Both the position numbers and the translations under genes were made by a program. 64,000 nucleotides of DNA, from contig MTLY02000001.1 in the NCBI GenBank assembly GCA_002011035.2, positions 256,001-320,000 on the forward strand. Direction: 5' to 3'. The DNA is from Candidatus Hecatella orcuttiae. GTDB lineage: Archaea > Thermoproteota > Bathyarchaeia > Hecatellales > Hecatellaceae. Of this stretch, positions 38,104 to 47,599 are shown piece after piece. Position 1 is the stretch's first letter, and every line of letters starts with the position of its first letter. A model generated the notes under the pieces. That model saw nothing but the letters and a program-made list of their open reading frames with translations. It was not told the DNA's origin and did no database searches.

Positions 38104-39286
38104 GGTTGTCGTAATAGGCGGGGGAGTCGTCGGCTTATCCGTAGCCTACAACCTAGTCAAGCGAGGCGTGGGAAAAGTCTCCGTGCTAGAGAGGAGATAC
38201 CTCGGAAGCGGAGCGTCCACCCGGAACTGCTGCGGAATCCGAAGCCAGTTTGGAGCTGAGGAAAACATCCGACTGGCTAGGGAAAGTAAAAAAATTTTCC
38301 AAGGTCTCACCGCCGAGCTGGGCTTCAACATCCTCCACATTAAAGGAGGCTGTATGATGCTGGCGTCGACGCCGGAGGAGGCTGAGATCCTAGAACGGAA
38401 TGTTCGGCTTCAAAACCGTTTAGGTGTGAACACTAGGCTTCTGAACCCCGGAGAGCTTCGAGCACGGTTTCCCTATCTGAACCCTGATAAGATTAGGGCA
38501 GCCTCTTTCGACCCCACGGACAGTAAGGCTCACCATGACGCGGTGGTCATGGCCTACAGTGAAGCCTGCAGAAGGCTGGGCGTGGAGCTTAACACCTACA
38601 CCGAAGTCAAAGGCTTCAAGGTGGAGGGGAAAGCCATCAGGGCGGTGAAAACTAGCCGGGGGGAGGTAAAATGCTCCCGGGTGGTTAACGCGGCTGGAGT
38701 GTGGTCTCGGCAGGTGGCCAGAATGGCCGGGGTCAACCTTCCTAACAGGCCTCTGAGGGCGGAGGGAATGGTTACAGAGCCTTTCCATTATTTTCTCGAC
38801 CCCACCATCGTTCATCTCAACGGGCCCTTGGAGCTTACTCAAACTTTGAGAGGTGAGCTGGTAGGCGGGCTGGCGGACGGGGAAGATTTTTCCCTAAACC
38901 TTAACTCCAGCCTAAGCTTCGCGGAAAACTTCTGCAAAAGAGCAGTGGAAATCTTCCCCCGGCTGAAGTTCGCCAACCTCATGAGGCAGTGGGCTGGGTA
39001 CTTCGACGTAACCCCCGACGGAAGCCCCGTCCTCGGCCCAGCGGAGGAGGTGGAAAACTTCTTCCAAGCCAATGGTTTCAGCGGCCACGGTTTCACGCTG
39101 GCCCCGGTGGTAGGAAGGCTTTTAGCTGAAGTGATAGCGAAGGGGAAAGCAACCCCATCCCTCGAACCTTTCTATCCCAGCAGATTTAGGGAGGGTAAGC
39201 TCATCGTGGAGAATACCGCCCCCGTCGACCGGCTGAGCTGGGCTTCTACACTTCCAGAAGCCTCTTCTTCAGCGCCGAGTCGTTGA
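38087..39286 (+). CDS. FAD-dependent amino-acid dehydrogenase beta subunit (SoxB/PdhB-like)
   Basis: [38 protein letters not shown]. Confidence 0.88.
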   Translation: MLEKAEVVVIGGGVVGLSVAYNLVKRGVGKVSVLERRYLGSGASTRNCCGIRSQFGAEENIRLARESKKIFQGLTAELGFNILHIKGGCMMLASTPEEAEILERNVRLQNRLGVNTRLLNPGELRARFPYLNPDKIRAASFDPTDSKAHHDAVVMAYSEACRRLGVELNTYTEVKGFKVEGKAIRAVKTSRGEVKCSRVVNAAGVWSRQVARMAGVNLPNRPLRAEGMVTEPFHYFLDPTIVHLNGPLELTQTLRGELVGGLADGEDFSLNLNSSLSFAENFCKRAVEIFPRLKFANLMRQWAGYFDVTPDGSPVLGPAEEVENFFQANGFSGHGFTLAPVVGRLLAEVIAKGKATPSLEPFYPSRFREGKLIVENTAPVDRLSWASTLPEASSSAPSR

Positions 39287-39671
39287 GGGCTAGGATTCGG
39301 GCTGCGAGCCAAGCTGCGTTTTCTCCATTGTCGATGCCCACGCAGGCGGTGGGGACTCCCTTGGGCATTTGAACCATAGAGAGCAGAGCGTCGAGGCCTC
39401 CCAGCTTCACGCTTTTGGGCACCCCTATGACGGGTTTGAGGGTTCGGGAGGCGATGAAGCCGGGAAGATGCGCGGAGAGGCCGGCTATGCCTATAAAAAC
39501 TTCTGCCTCTGACTTTTCCAAGTATTTCTCCAGTTCCTTGGGGGTTCGGTGGGCGGAGAGAACTTTGACCTCATAGGGTATGCCCAAGGTTTTTAGGATT
39601 TTTTCTGCCTTGGAAGCTATGTCCCTGTCGTTTTCGCTTCCCATCAGAATAGATACTTTGACTTTCCTCAT
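39246..39671 (-). CDS. purE: AIR carboxylase / N5-CAIR mutase
   Basis: [37 protein letters not shown]. Confidence 0.95.
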   Translation of the reverse strand: MRKVKVSILMGSENDRDIASKAEKILKTLGIPYEVKVLSAHRTPKELEKYLEKSEAEVFIGIAGLSAHLPGFIASRTLKPVIGVPKSVKLGGLDALLSMVQMPKGVPTACVGIDNGENAAWLAARILALNDSALKKRLLEV

Positions 39672-39688
39672 TTTTATTCAAATCCTCT

Positions 39689-41176
39689 TCAGGCTTTTAG
39701 GACGAGTTTACCTTTTCTGGGAATCCATTCGACGGTTTTCCCCACCAGCCCTTTTTTAGCCCTGTACTTGTAGACAGCCCGCATAAGCTGGGCCTGCTCT
39801 ATTCTGACTTCCAGAAGTTCCCTTGAGCCAATGTCGCTTCGGTGATAAACACCCCAGCCGTCTCCCAGTTTCACGTAGGGCATGCAGGCTTCGGCCTTTT
39901 CCCCAGCCTCCATGATGGTTTCGCCTTTGGCGAAGATTTCCACCAGCCGGGAGCCGCCTGAATAGATGGCGCCGTCAGGTTTCTGGTCGGTGGATGCGAA
40001 GTAAACTCGGCCTCCATGCCTTCTGATGGCTTCGAGGTCTATGGAGAGAGGGTGACCTTTGGCCAGCTCTCTCTGGTCCGGATAGCCTCTTGGAGAGACA
40101 CATTTCACCACGGAGGCAGCATTCTCCAACTCCAGCCTGATTTTGTGGAGTTTCTCATCGAGGATGGCCTCGCATATTTCCACCATGTCGGTTTTCAGAA
40201 GGGGAAGCACGTTGACTGCCTCCGGGTCTCCCAGCCGGGAGTAGAATTCGATGATGGTGGGGCCCCAGCTGGCTGTGAGCATCATCTGCCCTGAAACCAC
40301 TCCCTTGTATTTTTCTCCTGTTTCCGCCTCCACCGCCTTCACGCACTTGTTCACAATGCTGACAGACTGCCGGTATTCCTCCATGGTGATGAAAGGGAGG
40401 AGAGGACCTTTCCCTGCGATGGAACCCATTCCCCCAGTTTCAGGACCTATGTCCATTTCGAAGGCGTTTTTGTTGTCTTGAACTAAGGGCAGAGGTCTGA
40501 CGGTTCTGCCGTCGGTGAAGGCTTGAAGCGTGTACTCAGGCCCGTCTACTTTTTCTTCAATGAGGATGCGGTCTTCGATGTCCGTGTAATCTTTCATGTG
40601 TTCGCTGTAGATGATTTTAGCATGTTCTTCTTTGACGTGGGATTTCTCCGCGCTTAGGTAGGCTTGGAGGTCTGCCACCACTTTGACCCCCTTCCCTCCC
40701 GCCTGTCTCGCAGGCTTTAAAGCTAAGCTTTCCGCGTACTCCCGCAGATAGGCGACGGCTTCGCTTACCTCCTTGAAAACCTTGAACCTCAGCCTTCCGG
40801 GGATCTTATACTTCCACATAAGCCTTCTCATGGAAGCCTTGGACATCTCCAACTCCGCAGGACCCTTCTTCGCCCCCACGCAGGGTATTCCCGCCTTCTC
40901 CAAGGTGTCAGCCACACCGTGGAAAAGAGGCTCCTCAGGCCCTACGAAAACCCAATCCACATGGAATTTTTCAGCCGCCTCCCAGACAGTTTGAGGGTTC
41001 TTGGAATCCCCTAGGAAAACTTCGCCGCCTGTTTTTTGGCAGAGGGACGCTATGCCTGGATTGTTCAGCCTCATAACAGCGTAAAGCCTAGGGTTTTGGG
41101 GGCTGCGGCAGATAGCTTCCGCTATGGCGTGCTCTCTGCCGCCTTCACCGACTAGCAAGACCTTAACGGCCATCAT
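39689..41176 (-). CDS. purD: phosphoribosylamine-glycine ligase
   Basis: GEGGREHA, VGPEEPL, AGGKGV, GPETGGMG, RLGDPE. Confidence 0.95.
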   Translation of the reverse strand: MMAVKVLLVGEGGREHAIAEAICRSPQNPRLYAVMRLNNPGIASLCQKTGGEVFLGDSKNPQTVWEAAEKFHVDWVFVGPEEPLFHGVADTLEKAGIPCVGAKKGPAELEMSKASMRRLMWKYKIPGRLRFKVFKEVSEAVAYLREYAESLALKPARQAGGKGVKVVADLQAYLSAEKSHVKEEHAKIIYSEHMKDYTDIEDRILIEEKVDGPEYTLQAFTDGRTVRPLPLVQDNKNAFEMDIGPETGGMGSIAGKGPLLPFITMEEYRQSVSIVNKCVKAVEAETGEKYKGVVSGQMMLTASWGPTIIEFYSRLGDPEAVNVLPLLKTDMVEICEAILDEKLHKIRLELENAASVVKCVSPRGYPDQRELAKGHPLSIDLEAIRRHGGRVYFASTDQKPDGAIYSGGSRLVEIFAKGETIMEAGEKAEACMPYVKLGDGWGVYHRSDIGSRELLEVRIEQAQLMRAVYKYRAKKGLVGKTVEWIPRKGKLVLKA

Positions 41177-42572
41177 CAGCGCCTCCCTCTTCTGGTGGAA
41201 GAGGATACTTACCTGAAAAACATCCCAAACACAGACGGCTTTTGGGAATGCCTAGGGCGTCGGTTAACCCTCGAAGACTCAGCCAGTGGAAACTGTCCGC
41301 CCCCACCACCTTTCCCACCTCTCCCGGAGTTAGGTTAGCAGCTATGAGTTCGTCTTCCGGAGGAACTTCAGTGCCGTAGGGGCATGAGGCCACCAGTCTA
41401 GGGCTGCCCACCCGGACGTGAATTTCCTTAGCGCCCATTCTATTCCTCATGAGGCTCACCGTGTTTTTGGTGGTTGTCCCTCGGACGACGCTGTCGTCGA
41501 CGAGAACTATTTTTTTCCCCGCCATAGCAGTCTTGATGGGGTTGAGTTTAAGCTGAACTCCCACCAGCCTTTCAAATTGAGTGGGCTTGATGGCGCTTCT
41601 GACCCTTCTCCCTGTCTGCACAAAACCCAGACCTAGGGGAGTTCCTGTTTCGTTGGAGTAGGCAACCGCAAAGGGGATGGCTGTCTCCGGGACACCTAAC
41701 ACCACCTCCGCATCCCTGACAGGGTTTTCTTTCGCCAGTCTTTTCCCGATCTCCATTCTCGCGTTGTAGACGCTGCTTCCGTTGATCCAAGAATCAGGCC
41801 TAGCGAGATAGACGTGTTCAAAGGCGCAATAGCTGGGCTGAGGCTTCACAGCCTGTTTTCTTTTGATGCTTTGGGAGTCGAAATAGTAGATTTCCCCCGG
41901 CTTTAGGTCGCTTTTGAAATCCGCCCCTATGACGTCCACAGCACAGCTTTCGGAGGCTACAACCCCGTAGTCAAAGCCGAAGCTTCCTATGGTTAAAGGC
42001 TTAACCCCTCGGGGATCCCGGGCGGCCACCATTTCACCTTTTCCTGTTAAGATAACAGTCGAGTATACGCCTTTCACCGTCTTCATCAGCTCAGCCATGG
42101 CGTCTAGGGGATGCTTTTCCTCCAATTCTCGGGAGAAAAGAGCTGCGAAAAGTTCAGCTTCGCTTTGGGGAACAAAGGGCTTGACCCTTCCTGTCAATTC
42201 CTTAACATTGAGAATTTTTCCATCGAAACATAAGGCAACTTTTTGAGGCCCCTCTACCAGCGCAGGCTGGATTTTTCCAAGCTCTTTCTCTGGCATAGCT
42301 GTTACGCAGCCTATGCCCATCCATCCTTTCAGGGCCTCTATGATTTTAGGCTCTGAGAACACTTGGTCTACGAGGCCTGGGGCCTTGTGATGGTAGAGGT
42401 TTCCATTCCCTGCGGAGGTGACAATTCCGCAGGTTTCTTGACCCCTGTGCTGGAGAGCCATGAGGCCGTAGTAGAGGAAGCGAGCCATCTTCCAAAGGCG
42501 GCTGAAGCCGTAAATGCCTATTATTCCACTGCCCACGGTAGACGGCCTCCTTCTTTCACCTCTAAACTTCAT
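41163..42572 (-). CDS. amidophosphoribosyltransferase-like paralog lacking the N-terminal catalytic Cys
   Basis: SGIIGIYG where PurF has CGxxG; keeps LQHRGQE, ARDPRGVKPL, CAFEHVYLARPDS, LVDDSVVRGTT. Confidence 0.85.
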   Translation of the reverse strand: MKFRGERRRPSTVGSGIIGIYGFSRLWKMARFLYYGLMALQHRGQETCGIVTSAGNGNLYHHKAPGLVDQVFSEPKIIEALKGWMGIGCVTAMPEKELGKIQPALVEGPQKVALCFDGKILNVKELTGRVKPFVPQSEAELFAALFSRELEEKHPLDAMAELMKTVKGVYSTVILTGKGEMVAARDPRGVKPLTIGSFGFDYGVVASESCAVDVIGADFKSDLKPGEIYYFDSQSIKRKQAVKPQPSYCAFEHVYLARPDSWINGSSVYNARMEIGKRLAKENPVRDAEVVLGVPETAIPFAVAYSNETGTPLGLGFVQTGRRVRSAIKPTQFERLVGVQLKLNPIKTAMAGKKIVLVDDSVVRGTTTKNTVSLMRNRMGAKEIHVRVGSPRLVASCPYGTEVPPEDELIAANLTPGEVGKVVGADSFHWLSLRGLTDALGIPKSRLCLGCFSGKYPLPPEEGGADDGR

Positions 42573-44005
42573 CCTTCCGCTTCAATGTATCGGACGCCTT
42601 CTGCAGGCATCTTCACCCGCATTCTATCGGCTAGCCTTTGGGCCTTAGGAGTAGGGTAGACGCCTGTTAAACAGGCCAAGCAGAGCTCTTCTTCCCTCAG
42701 GCCTATGGCTTCCACCAGTCCTCGGACAGTTTGATACTCCAAGGAGTCAGCCCCTATAAGGCGGCGTATTTCCTCCACAGTTTTCTGGGATGCGATAAGT
42801 TCTTGGTGGGTCGCTATATCTATGCCGTAAAAACAAGGGGAGATCAGAGGGGGACAGGTTATTCGAACATGGACTTCCCTAGCCCCAGCCCTTCTGACCA
42901 TGTCGACGATCTTCCGGATGGTGGTGCCCCTCACGATGCTGTCGTCCACGAGGATAACACGCTGCCCTCGGAGCACCGATTTTAGGGGGTTGAGCTTCAT
43001 CTTCACCGCATCATCCCTCGCCGCCTGAACAGGCATGATGAAGGTTCTGTGAATGTAGCGGTTTTTAATCAAGCCTTCTGCCACTGGAAGGCTGCTCATC
43101 CTAGACATGCCTTCAGCCGCAGGCCTAGAGGTGTCAGGCACAGGCACTATCACATCGGCGTTGCAGTCGAAGTCCTTAGCTAATCTTTTTCCTAGGCTGA
43201 TTCTCACATCGTAAACGCTTTTCCCCTCCATCACCGAATCAGGCCGGCTGAAGTAGACGTACTCAAACATGCAATGAGCCCTCCGACAGGGAGCAACGAA
43301 CCGCTTCTTCACTAGGTGGGAATCCGTAATCAGCAGAGCTTCCCCCGGTTTAACATCCGACAGAAACTCGCCGCCAACCGAGTCCAAGGCCACACTCTCA
43401 GAGGCGCAGGCGGCAAAGTCTTCTCCCCTGCCATAGCACAGCGGCCTCAGCCCAAGGGGGTCCCGGAAGGCTAACAGTTCACTTTGGTCGGTTAGGCAGA
43501 GGGCGGCGTAGCCTCCCTCCACCACCTCAGCCAAGGCGGAGAGGGCCTCAAAAACGTCCCCTGTTTCCCTCCGCTTCTCCAAGAGAATGTTGAGCAAGAT
43601 TTCAGCATCGGAGGACGACATGAGAGGAATACGTTTCTTCCACATCAGCCCTTTCAGCTCCATGTAGTTGACCAAGTTTCCGTTGTGGCAGAAGGCCATC
43701 TCCCCGATGCAGAAAGGCTGCGCATTGTCCACGGAGGAAAGACCCGTGGTCGAGTAGCGTACATGTCCCAAGCCTATTTTACCTCTGAGACTTAGGGCTT
43801 CCTTCAAAAGGGAGCCGCTTCCCACCAAGCCCATGGTTTTCTTGGCCACCAACCGGCCTTCAGGCTCAGCTAAGGCCATTCCAGCCGATTCTTGCCCCCT
43901 GTGCTGGAGGGCCATCAGGCCGGTGAAGATGCGGCCGGCCGCAGGCTGTGTGGTGCAGCATACTCCGAACACACCGCAGGCTTCCCGAGGATAGTCGTGG
44001 CTCAA
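42569..44005 (-). CDS. purF: amidophosphoribosyltransferase
   Basis: Propeptide then CGVFG; QHRGQE, GHVRYST, HNGN, CMFEYVYFSRPDS, VDDSIVRGTT, CFYGID, CLAC. Confidence 0.95.
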   Translation of the reverse strand: MSHDYPREACGVFGVCCTTQPAAGRIFTGLMALQHRGQESAGMALAEPEGRLVAKKTMGLVGSGSLLKEALSLRGKIGLGHVRYSTTGLSSVDNAQPFCIGEMAFCHNGNLVNYMELKGLMWKKRIPLMSSSDAEILLNILLEKRRETGDVFEALSALAEVVEGGYAALCLTDQSELLAFRDPLGLRPLCYGRGEDFAACASESVALDSVGGEFLSDVKPGEALLITDSHLVKKRFVAPCRRAHCMFEYVYFSRPDSVMEGKSVYDVRISLGKRLAKDFDCNADVIVPVPDTSRPAAEGMSRMSSLPVAEGLIKNRYIHRTFIMPVQAARDDAVKMKLNPLKSVLRGQRVILVDDSIVRGTTIRKIVDMVRRAGAREVHVRITCPPLISPCFYGIDIATHQELIASQKTVEEIRRLIGADSLEYQTVRGLVEAIGLREEELCLACLTGVYPTPKAQRLADRMRVKMPAEGVRYIEAEG

Positions 44006-46230
44006 TTTTTTCCCTCCATGATCCTAGGAATAGCCTCCCTCCACCTTTCTTCGATCTCAGCCAAGTCAACTTGGATGACAGGGGTTCCGGAGGCTTGTAG
44101 GAGGAAGACGGCGTCATCCACCACTCTGCCTACCTTTCTGGCAGGTGCGCCTTCTCGGCTTGCCAACTTCAAAACCACATCAACATTTTCCTCGTTGACT
44201 GCGAGAATGAACCTTGAATAGGTCTCGGAAAAGAGCAGTTCGTCTTTACGGGTTACCCCTCTGCAAGGAACATGTTCCAACTCAATTTTCAATCCCAGTT
44301 TCCCTTGGACAGCCATCAGTGCCAGCGCCACGGCTAGACCGCCTTTGGAGCAGTCGTGGGCTGCGGAAACATACCCAGCTCGGATGGCCTTCAAAACAGT
44401 TTGAAGGGAGGCTTTCTCCCTAGCCGCCTCAGCTGCAGGAGGCCTGCCTTGGTTTATCCGGTGAATCTCGCAGTAATATTCTGAGCCACCCATCTCCGGG
44501 CGGGTCTCCCCCACCACCAGAACACAGTCTCCGGGGTTTTTGAGGGCTAGGGTTGTTATCCATTGAAGGTCTTCTATCAGTCCCAACATAACCACGACGG
44601 TAGAAGGCTTAACAGCCACCCCTGTCTCGCTGTCCTCGTTGTAGAAGCTGACATTTCCTCCCACGCATGGAATGCCCAAGCCTCTGCCCATGTAAGCTAG
44701 GCCTTCTATTCCTCTCTTAAACTGCCAAAAGATCTCCGGCTTTTCCGGATTGCCGAAGTTACAGCAGTCAGCATAGGCGACGGGTTCAGCTCCTACGCAG
44801 ACCACATTCCTAGCTGCCTCCGCCAAGGCTCCGGCATGGCCGTAGAAGGGATCAAGGTAAGCGTGGCGGCTGTTACAATCAGCCTTGAGGGCTATGGCCT
44901 TGGGGATTTCAAGAAGCCGGAGCACGGCAGCATCACCTTCTCCGGGCTTCACCACCGACCTAACTCCCACCTCATGGTCATATTGCTGGAAGACCCACTC
45001 TTGGCTGGCTATGTTAGGCAAGGCCAGGAGGCTGAGGAAAACCTCGTTCAGATTCTCAGGTTCCTTGGGCGTCGGATAGTTCTGACCATCCGCCGGGAGG
45101 CTTGGCTCTTTGGCTTCTCTCCTGATAACAGGTGCTTGAGCTAAGATTTCGGAGGGAACTTCCGCCACCTTTTCACCTTGGAAGAAGACGGAAACATTGC
45201 CACCTTCCGTAACTTTTCCTACGATGGAGTAAGAGAGTCCGTATTTCTCGAAGACTCGGAGAACTTGGGAAAGCCCCTGAGGGTTGACGGCAAAAAGCAT
45301 GCGTTCCTGAGACTCGGAAAGAACCAGCTCATAGGGAGTCATGCCTTCTTCCCTGACGTGAACACGGTCAAGGTTTAGCTCCACCCCTCTGCCTCCTTTA
45401 AAGGACATTTCTGACGCTGCACAGGTTAGGCCGCCTCCTCCCAGATCCTTCAACCCCCTAACCTGTCCTGTTTTCAAAGCTTCCAGAACAGCTTCTATCA
45501 GAAGCTTTTTGGTGAAGGGGTCGCCAATCTGAACCGCAGGCCTGTCTTCCTCCGACTGCTGTCCGATGGTTTTTGAGGCGAAGGTCACCCCGTGGATGCC
45601 GTCCCTTCCAGTGGGACCTCCCACTAAAACTAAAATGTCTCCAGGTTCCTTGAACTCAGCTAAGATAATGTCCTCTCTCTTCGCAAGCCCAACGCAGGCT
45701 ACGTTGACCAAGCAGTTTGTTTCAAAGCTACTGTCAAACTCAACTTCCCCCGCCACCGTGGGAACCCCGATGCAGTTACCGTAGTCGCCTATCCCTCTCA
45801 CCACATGCTTGAAAAGCCACTGGGTGCGCCCTGACCGGGGGTTCCCGAATCTCAGAGAGTCTAAAAGGGCAATAGGCCTGGCTCCAACGCAGAGGACATC
45901 CCTGACGATTCCTCCAACGCCTGTAGCGGCTCCGTTGTAAGGTTCGATGGCAGAGGGGTGGTTGTGGCTTTCAACCTTGAAGGCTACCACGTAGCCGTCC
46001 CCTATGTCCACGATGCCTGAATCGTAACCCGGCCCTACGACGACCCTTGGGGAACGTGAGGGCAACAAGCTCAGCATGGGTCGGCTGCTCTTGTAGGAGC
46101 AGTGTTCGGAATACATGATGTCGAACATGCCCCACTCTACCGGATTTGGCTCTCTTCCCAGCCGCTTCCTTATCTCCTCCGCTTCTTCCCTAGTTAGGTG
46201 GGTTTTTATGGGCGGTGATAGAGTGGACAT
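44002..46230 (-). CDS. purL: FGAM synthase subunit PurL
   Basis: SEHCSYKSS, KVESHNHPS, TGRDGIHG, DLGGGGL, SESQERM, GGNVSFYN. Confidence 0.97.
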   Translation of the reverse strand: MSTLSPPIKTHLTREEAEEIRKRLGREPNPVEWGMFDIMYSEHCSYKSSRPMLSLLPSRSPRVVVGPGYDSGIVDIGDGYVVAFKVESHNHPSAIEPYNGAATGVGGIVRDVLCVGARPIALLDSLRFGNPRSGRTQWLFKHVVRGIGDYGNCIGVPTVAGEVEFDSSFETNCLVNVACVGLAKREDIILAEFKEPGDILVLVGGPTGRDGIHGVTFASKTIGQQSEEDRPAVQIGDPFTKKLLIEAVLEALKTGQVRGLKDLGGGGLTCAASEMSFKGGRGVELNLDRVHVREEGMTPYELVLSESQERMLFAVNPQGLSQVLRVFEKYGLSYSIVGKVTEGGNVSVFFQGEKVAEVPSEILAQAPVIRREAKEPSLPADGQNYPTPKEPENLNEVFLSLLALPNIASQEWVFQQYDHEVGVRSVVKPGEGDAAVLRLLEIPKAIALKADCNSRHAYLDPFYGHAGALAEAARNVVCVGAEPVAYADCCNFGNPEKPEIFWQFKRGIEGLAYMGRGLGIPCVGGNVSFYNEDSETGVAVKPSTVVVMLGLIEDLQWITTLALKNPGDCVLVVGETRPEMGGSEYYCEIHRINQGRPPAAEAAREKASLQTVLKAIRAGYVSAAHDCSKGGLAVALALMAVQGKLGLKIELEHVPCRGVTRKDELLFSETYSRFILAVNEENVDVVLKLASREGAPARKVGRVVDDAVFLLQASGTPVIQVDLAEIEERWREAIPRIMEGKN

Positions 46231-46240
46231 GGTTTTTCCC

Positions 46241-46942
46241 TCAATGTTTGATATAGTCGACCATGGACTGGAAGATCAGCGCACCGTCTCTCCGCCTGCT
46301 AGGGTTGAGGATAGGCTCTGAAGCCCTCTCTGGATGAGGCATGATACCTAGGACATTTCCCCGCTCGTTAGCAATAGCGGCTATGTTCCCAACTGCCCCG
46401 TTAGGATTAGCCTTAGAGGAGGGCTCACCTTTTTCATCCACGTATCTGAACACGATTCGACGGGAGAAGCTAAGGGCCTTGAGGGCTTCTGCCTCATGAA
46501 AGTATCTTCCCTCATGGTGGGCTATGGGCATGTGAAGCATTTGTCCCTCCGAAATGAGGCTGGTGAAAGCGGTGTGGGCTGTTTCACATCGGAGGATAAT
46601 CCACTTGCAGATGAATTTTAAGCTGTCGTTGGGCAGAAAGGCTCCGGGGAGAATTTCAGCTTCGACCAGTATTTGGAAGCCGTTACATATTCCTAAAACT
46701 GGTTTCCCTTCTTCTGCCATGAGTTTAACTTCCTCCATAGCCGGGCTTCTCGCCGCTATAACTCCGCATCTCAAATGATCTCCGTAAGAAAATCCTCCAG
46801 GTAAAACCACGGCATCATAGCCGCTGTGCTTGAATTCCTTATGCCAAACCAGCTCCGTGGGAACGTTTAGAACGTTTTTTAGAACATGGACCACATCTAG
46901 GTCGCAGTTGGAACCGGGAAACTTAATGACAGCAACCCTCGT
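46241..46942 (-). CDS. purQ: FGAM synthase glutaminase subunit PurQ; probable ACG start
   Basis: The frame extends to ACG AGG GTT GCT GTC ATT AAG TTT CCC GGT TCC AAC TGC = (M)RVAVIKFPGSNC; also PGGFSYGD, GICNGFQ, MPHPER. Confidence 0.95.
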   Translation of the reverse strand, partial: TRVAVIKFPGSNCDLDVVHVLKNVLNVPTELVWHKEFKHSGYDAVVLPGGFSYGDHLRCGVIAARSPAMEEVKLMAEEGKPVLGICNGFQILVEAEILPGAFLPNDSLKFICKWIILRCETAHTAFTSLISEGQMLHMPIAHHEGRYFHEAEALKALSFSRRIVFRYVDEKGEPSSKANPNGAVGNIAAIANERGNVLGIMPHPERASEPILNPSRRRDGALIFQSMVDYIKH

Positions 46943-46944
46943 TT

Positions 46945-47205
46945 CTATTTCTCCCTCACTTGGATGCGGCTTGTGTGAACCACAGGATTGTAGAGACGAA
47001 GAGCGTTACACATTTCAAAAACCAGCTTTTCAGCATCTTCAGGACCCTCGGCTTGAACTTCCAACTGAATGTACTTTCCAGCACGAACAGACTTCACATT
47101 TTCATATCCTCCCTTTAATAGGAGGTCACGGTGGATCGTTTCGCCTTCTGGATCCCGAGCGACAGGTTTATTTTGAATCACTACCTCAACCGTGTAATTT
47201 TTCAC
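46945..47205 (-). CDS. purS: FGAM synthase subunit PurS
   Basis: KPVARDPEGETI, VRAGK, MC..L..YNPV. Confidence 0.93.
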   Translation of the reverse strand: MKNYTVEVVIQNKPVARDPEGETIHRDLLLKGGYENVKSVRAGKYIQLEVQAEGPEDAEKLVFEMCNALRLYNPVVHTSRIQVREK

Positions 47206-47344
47206 TCATATCCCCCACATTCAACTTCGGTTTTGAAGCTACTTCCTTCATCTTTCCCAGCAATGAGTCTCGTCTATAAACATCGCTATCTATGGTTTCC
47301 TAGTTTTGTTCCCCGTGAAGGGGGGAGGTTATTGAACTTCAAAT

Positions 47345-47429
47345 TTACTCCAGCCCGGATGGAAGACTCGTGAACACGGCTTTTCCTCTTCAGCTTATAC
47401 GACGAATCTCGCTCTTCCTCTTGGAGTAA
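47345..47429. other. candidate structured non-coding element upstream of the pur operon
   Basis: Nested inverted repeats TTACTCCA/TGGAGTAA and GGAAGA/TCTTCC in an intergenic region. Confidence 0.4.
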
Positions 47430-47599
47430 GATTGCAGATGTTTGATATAAAAAATTTTTTGCATAAATGATTAAAAACTTTGAAAAATTTACATTTATAT
47501 GTATATCATTTGAGTTGAAACGGTCAAACCTAAAAGTGAAAAATTTAAAAGAAAAACTTATAATATCTAAAGATCCCGTAAGGATTCAATCCTAGAAGG

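Noticed and set aside
47370-47400. CUGAAGA followed by GAAA, suggesting a hammerhead ribozyme
   Set aside because: The GAAA lies inside the would-be stem II rather than after it, and there is no stem III/NUH arrangement.
47335-47405. Resemblance to a purine riboswitch (CGUAUAA ... CCGGGC ... GUAAAU on the minus strand)
   Set aside because: P3 cannot close, the loop-loop GG/CC pairs and the GACUA(C/U) junction are absent, and the spacing is wrong. Kept only as an unclassified structure.
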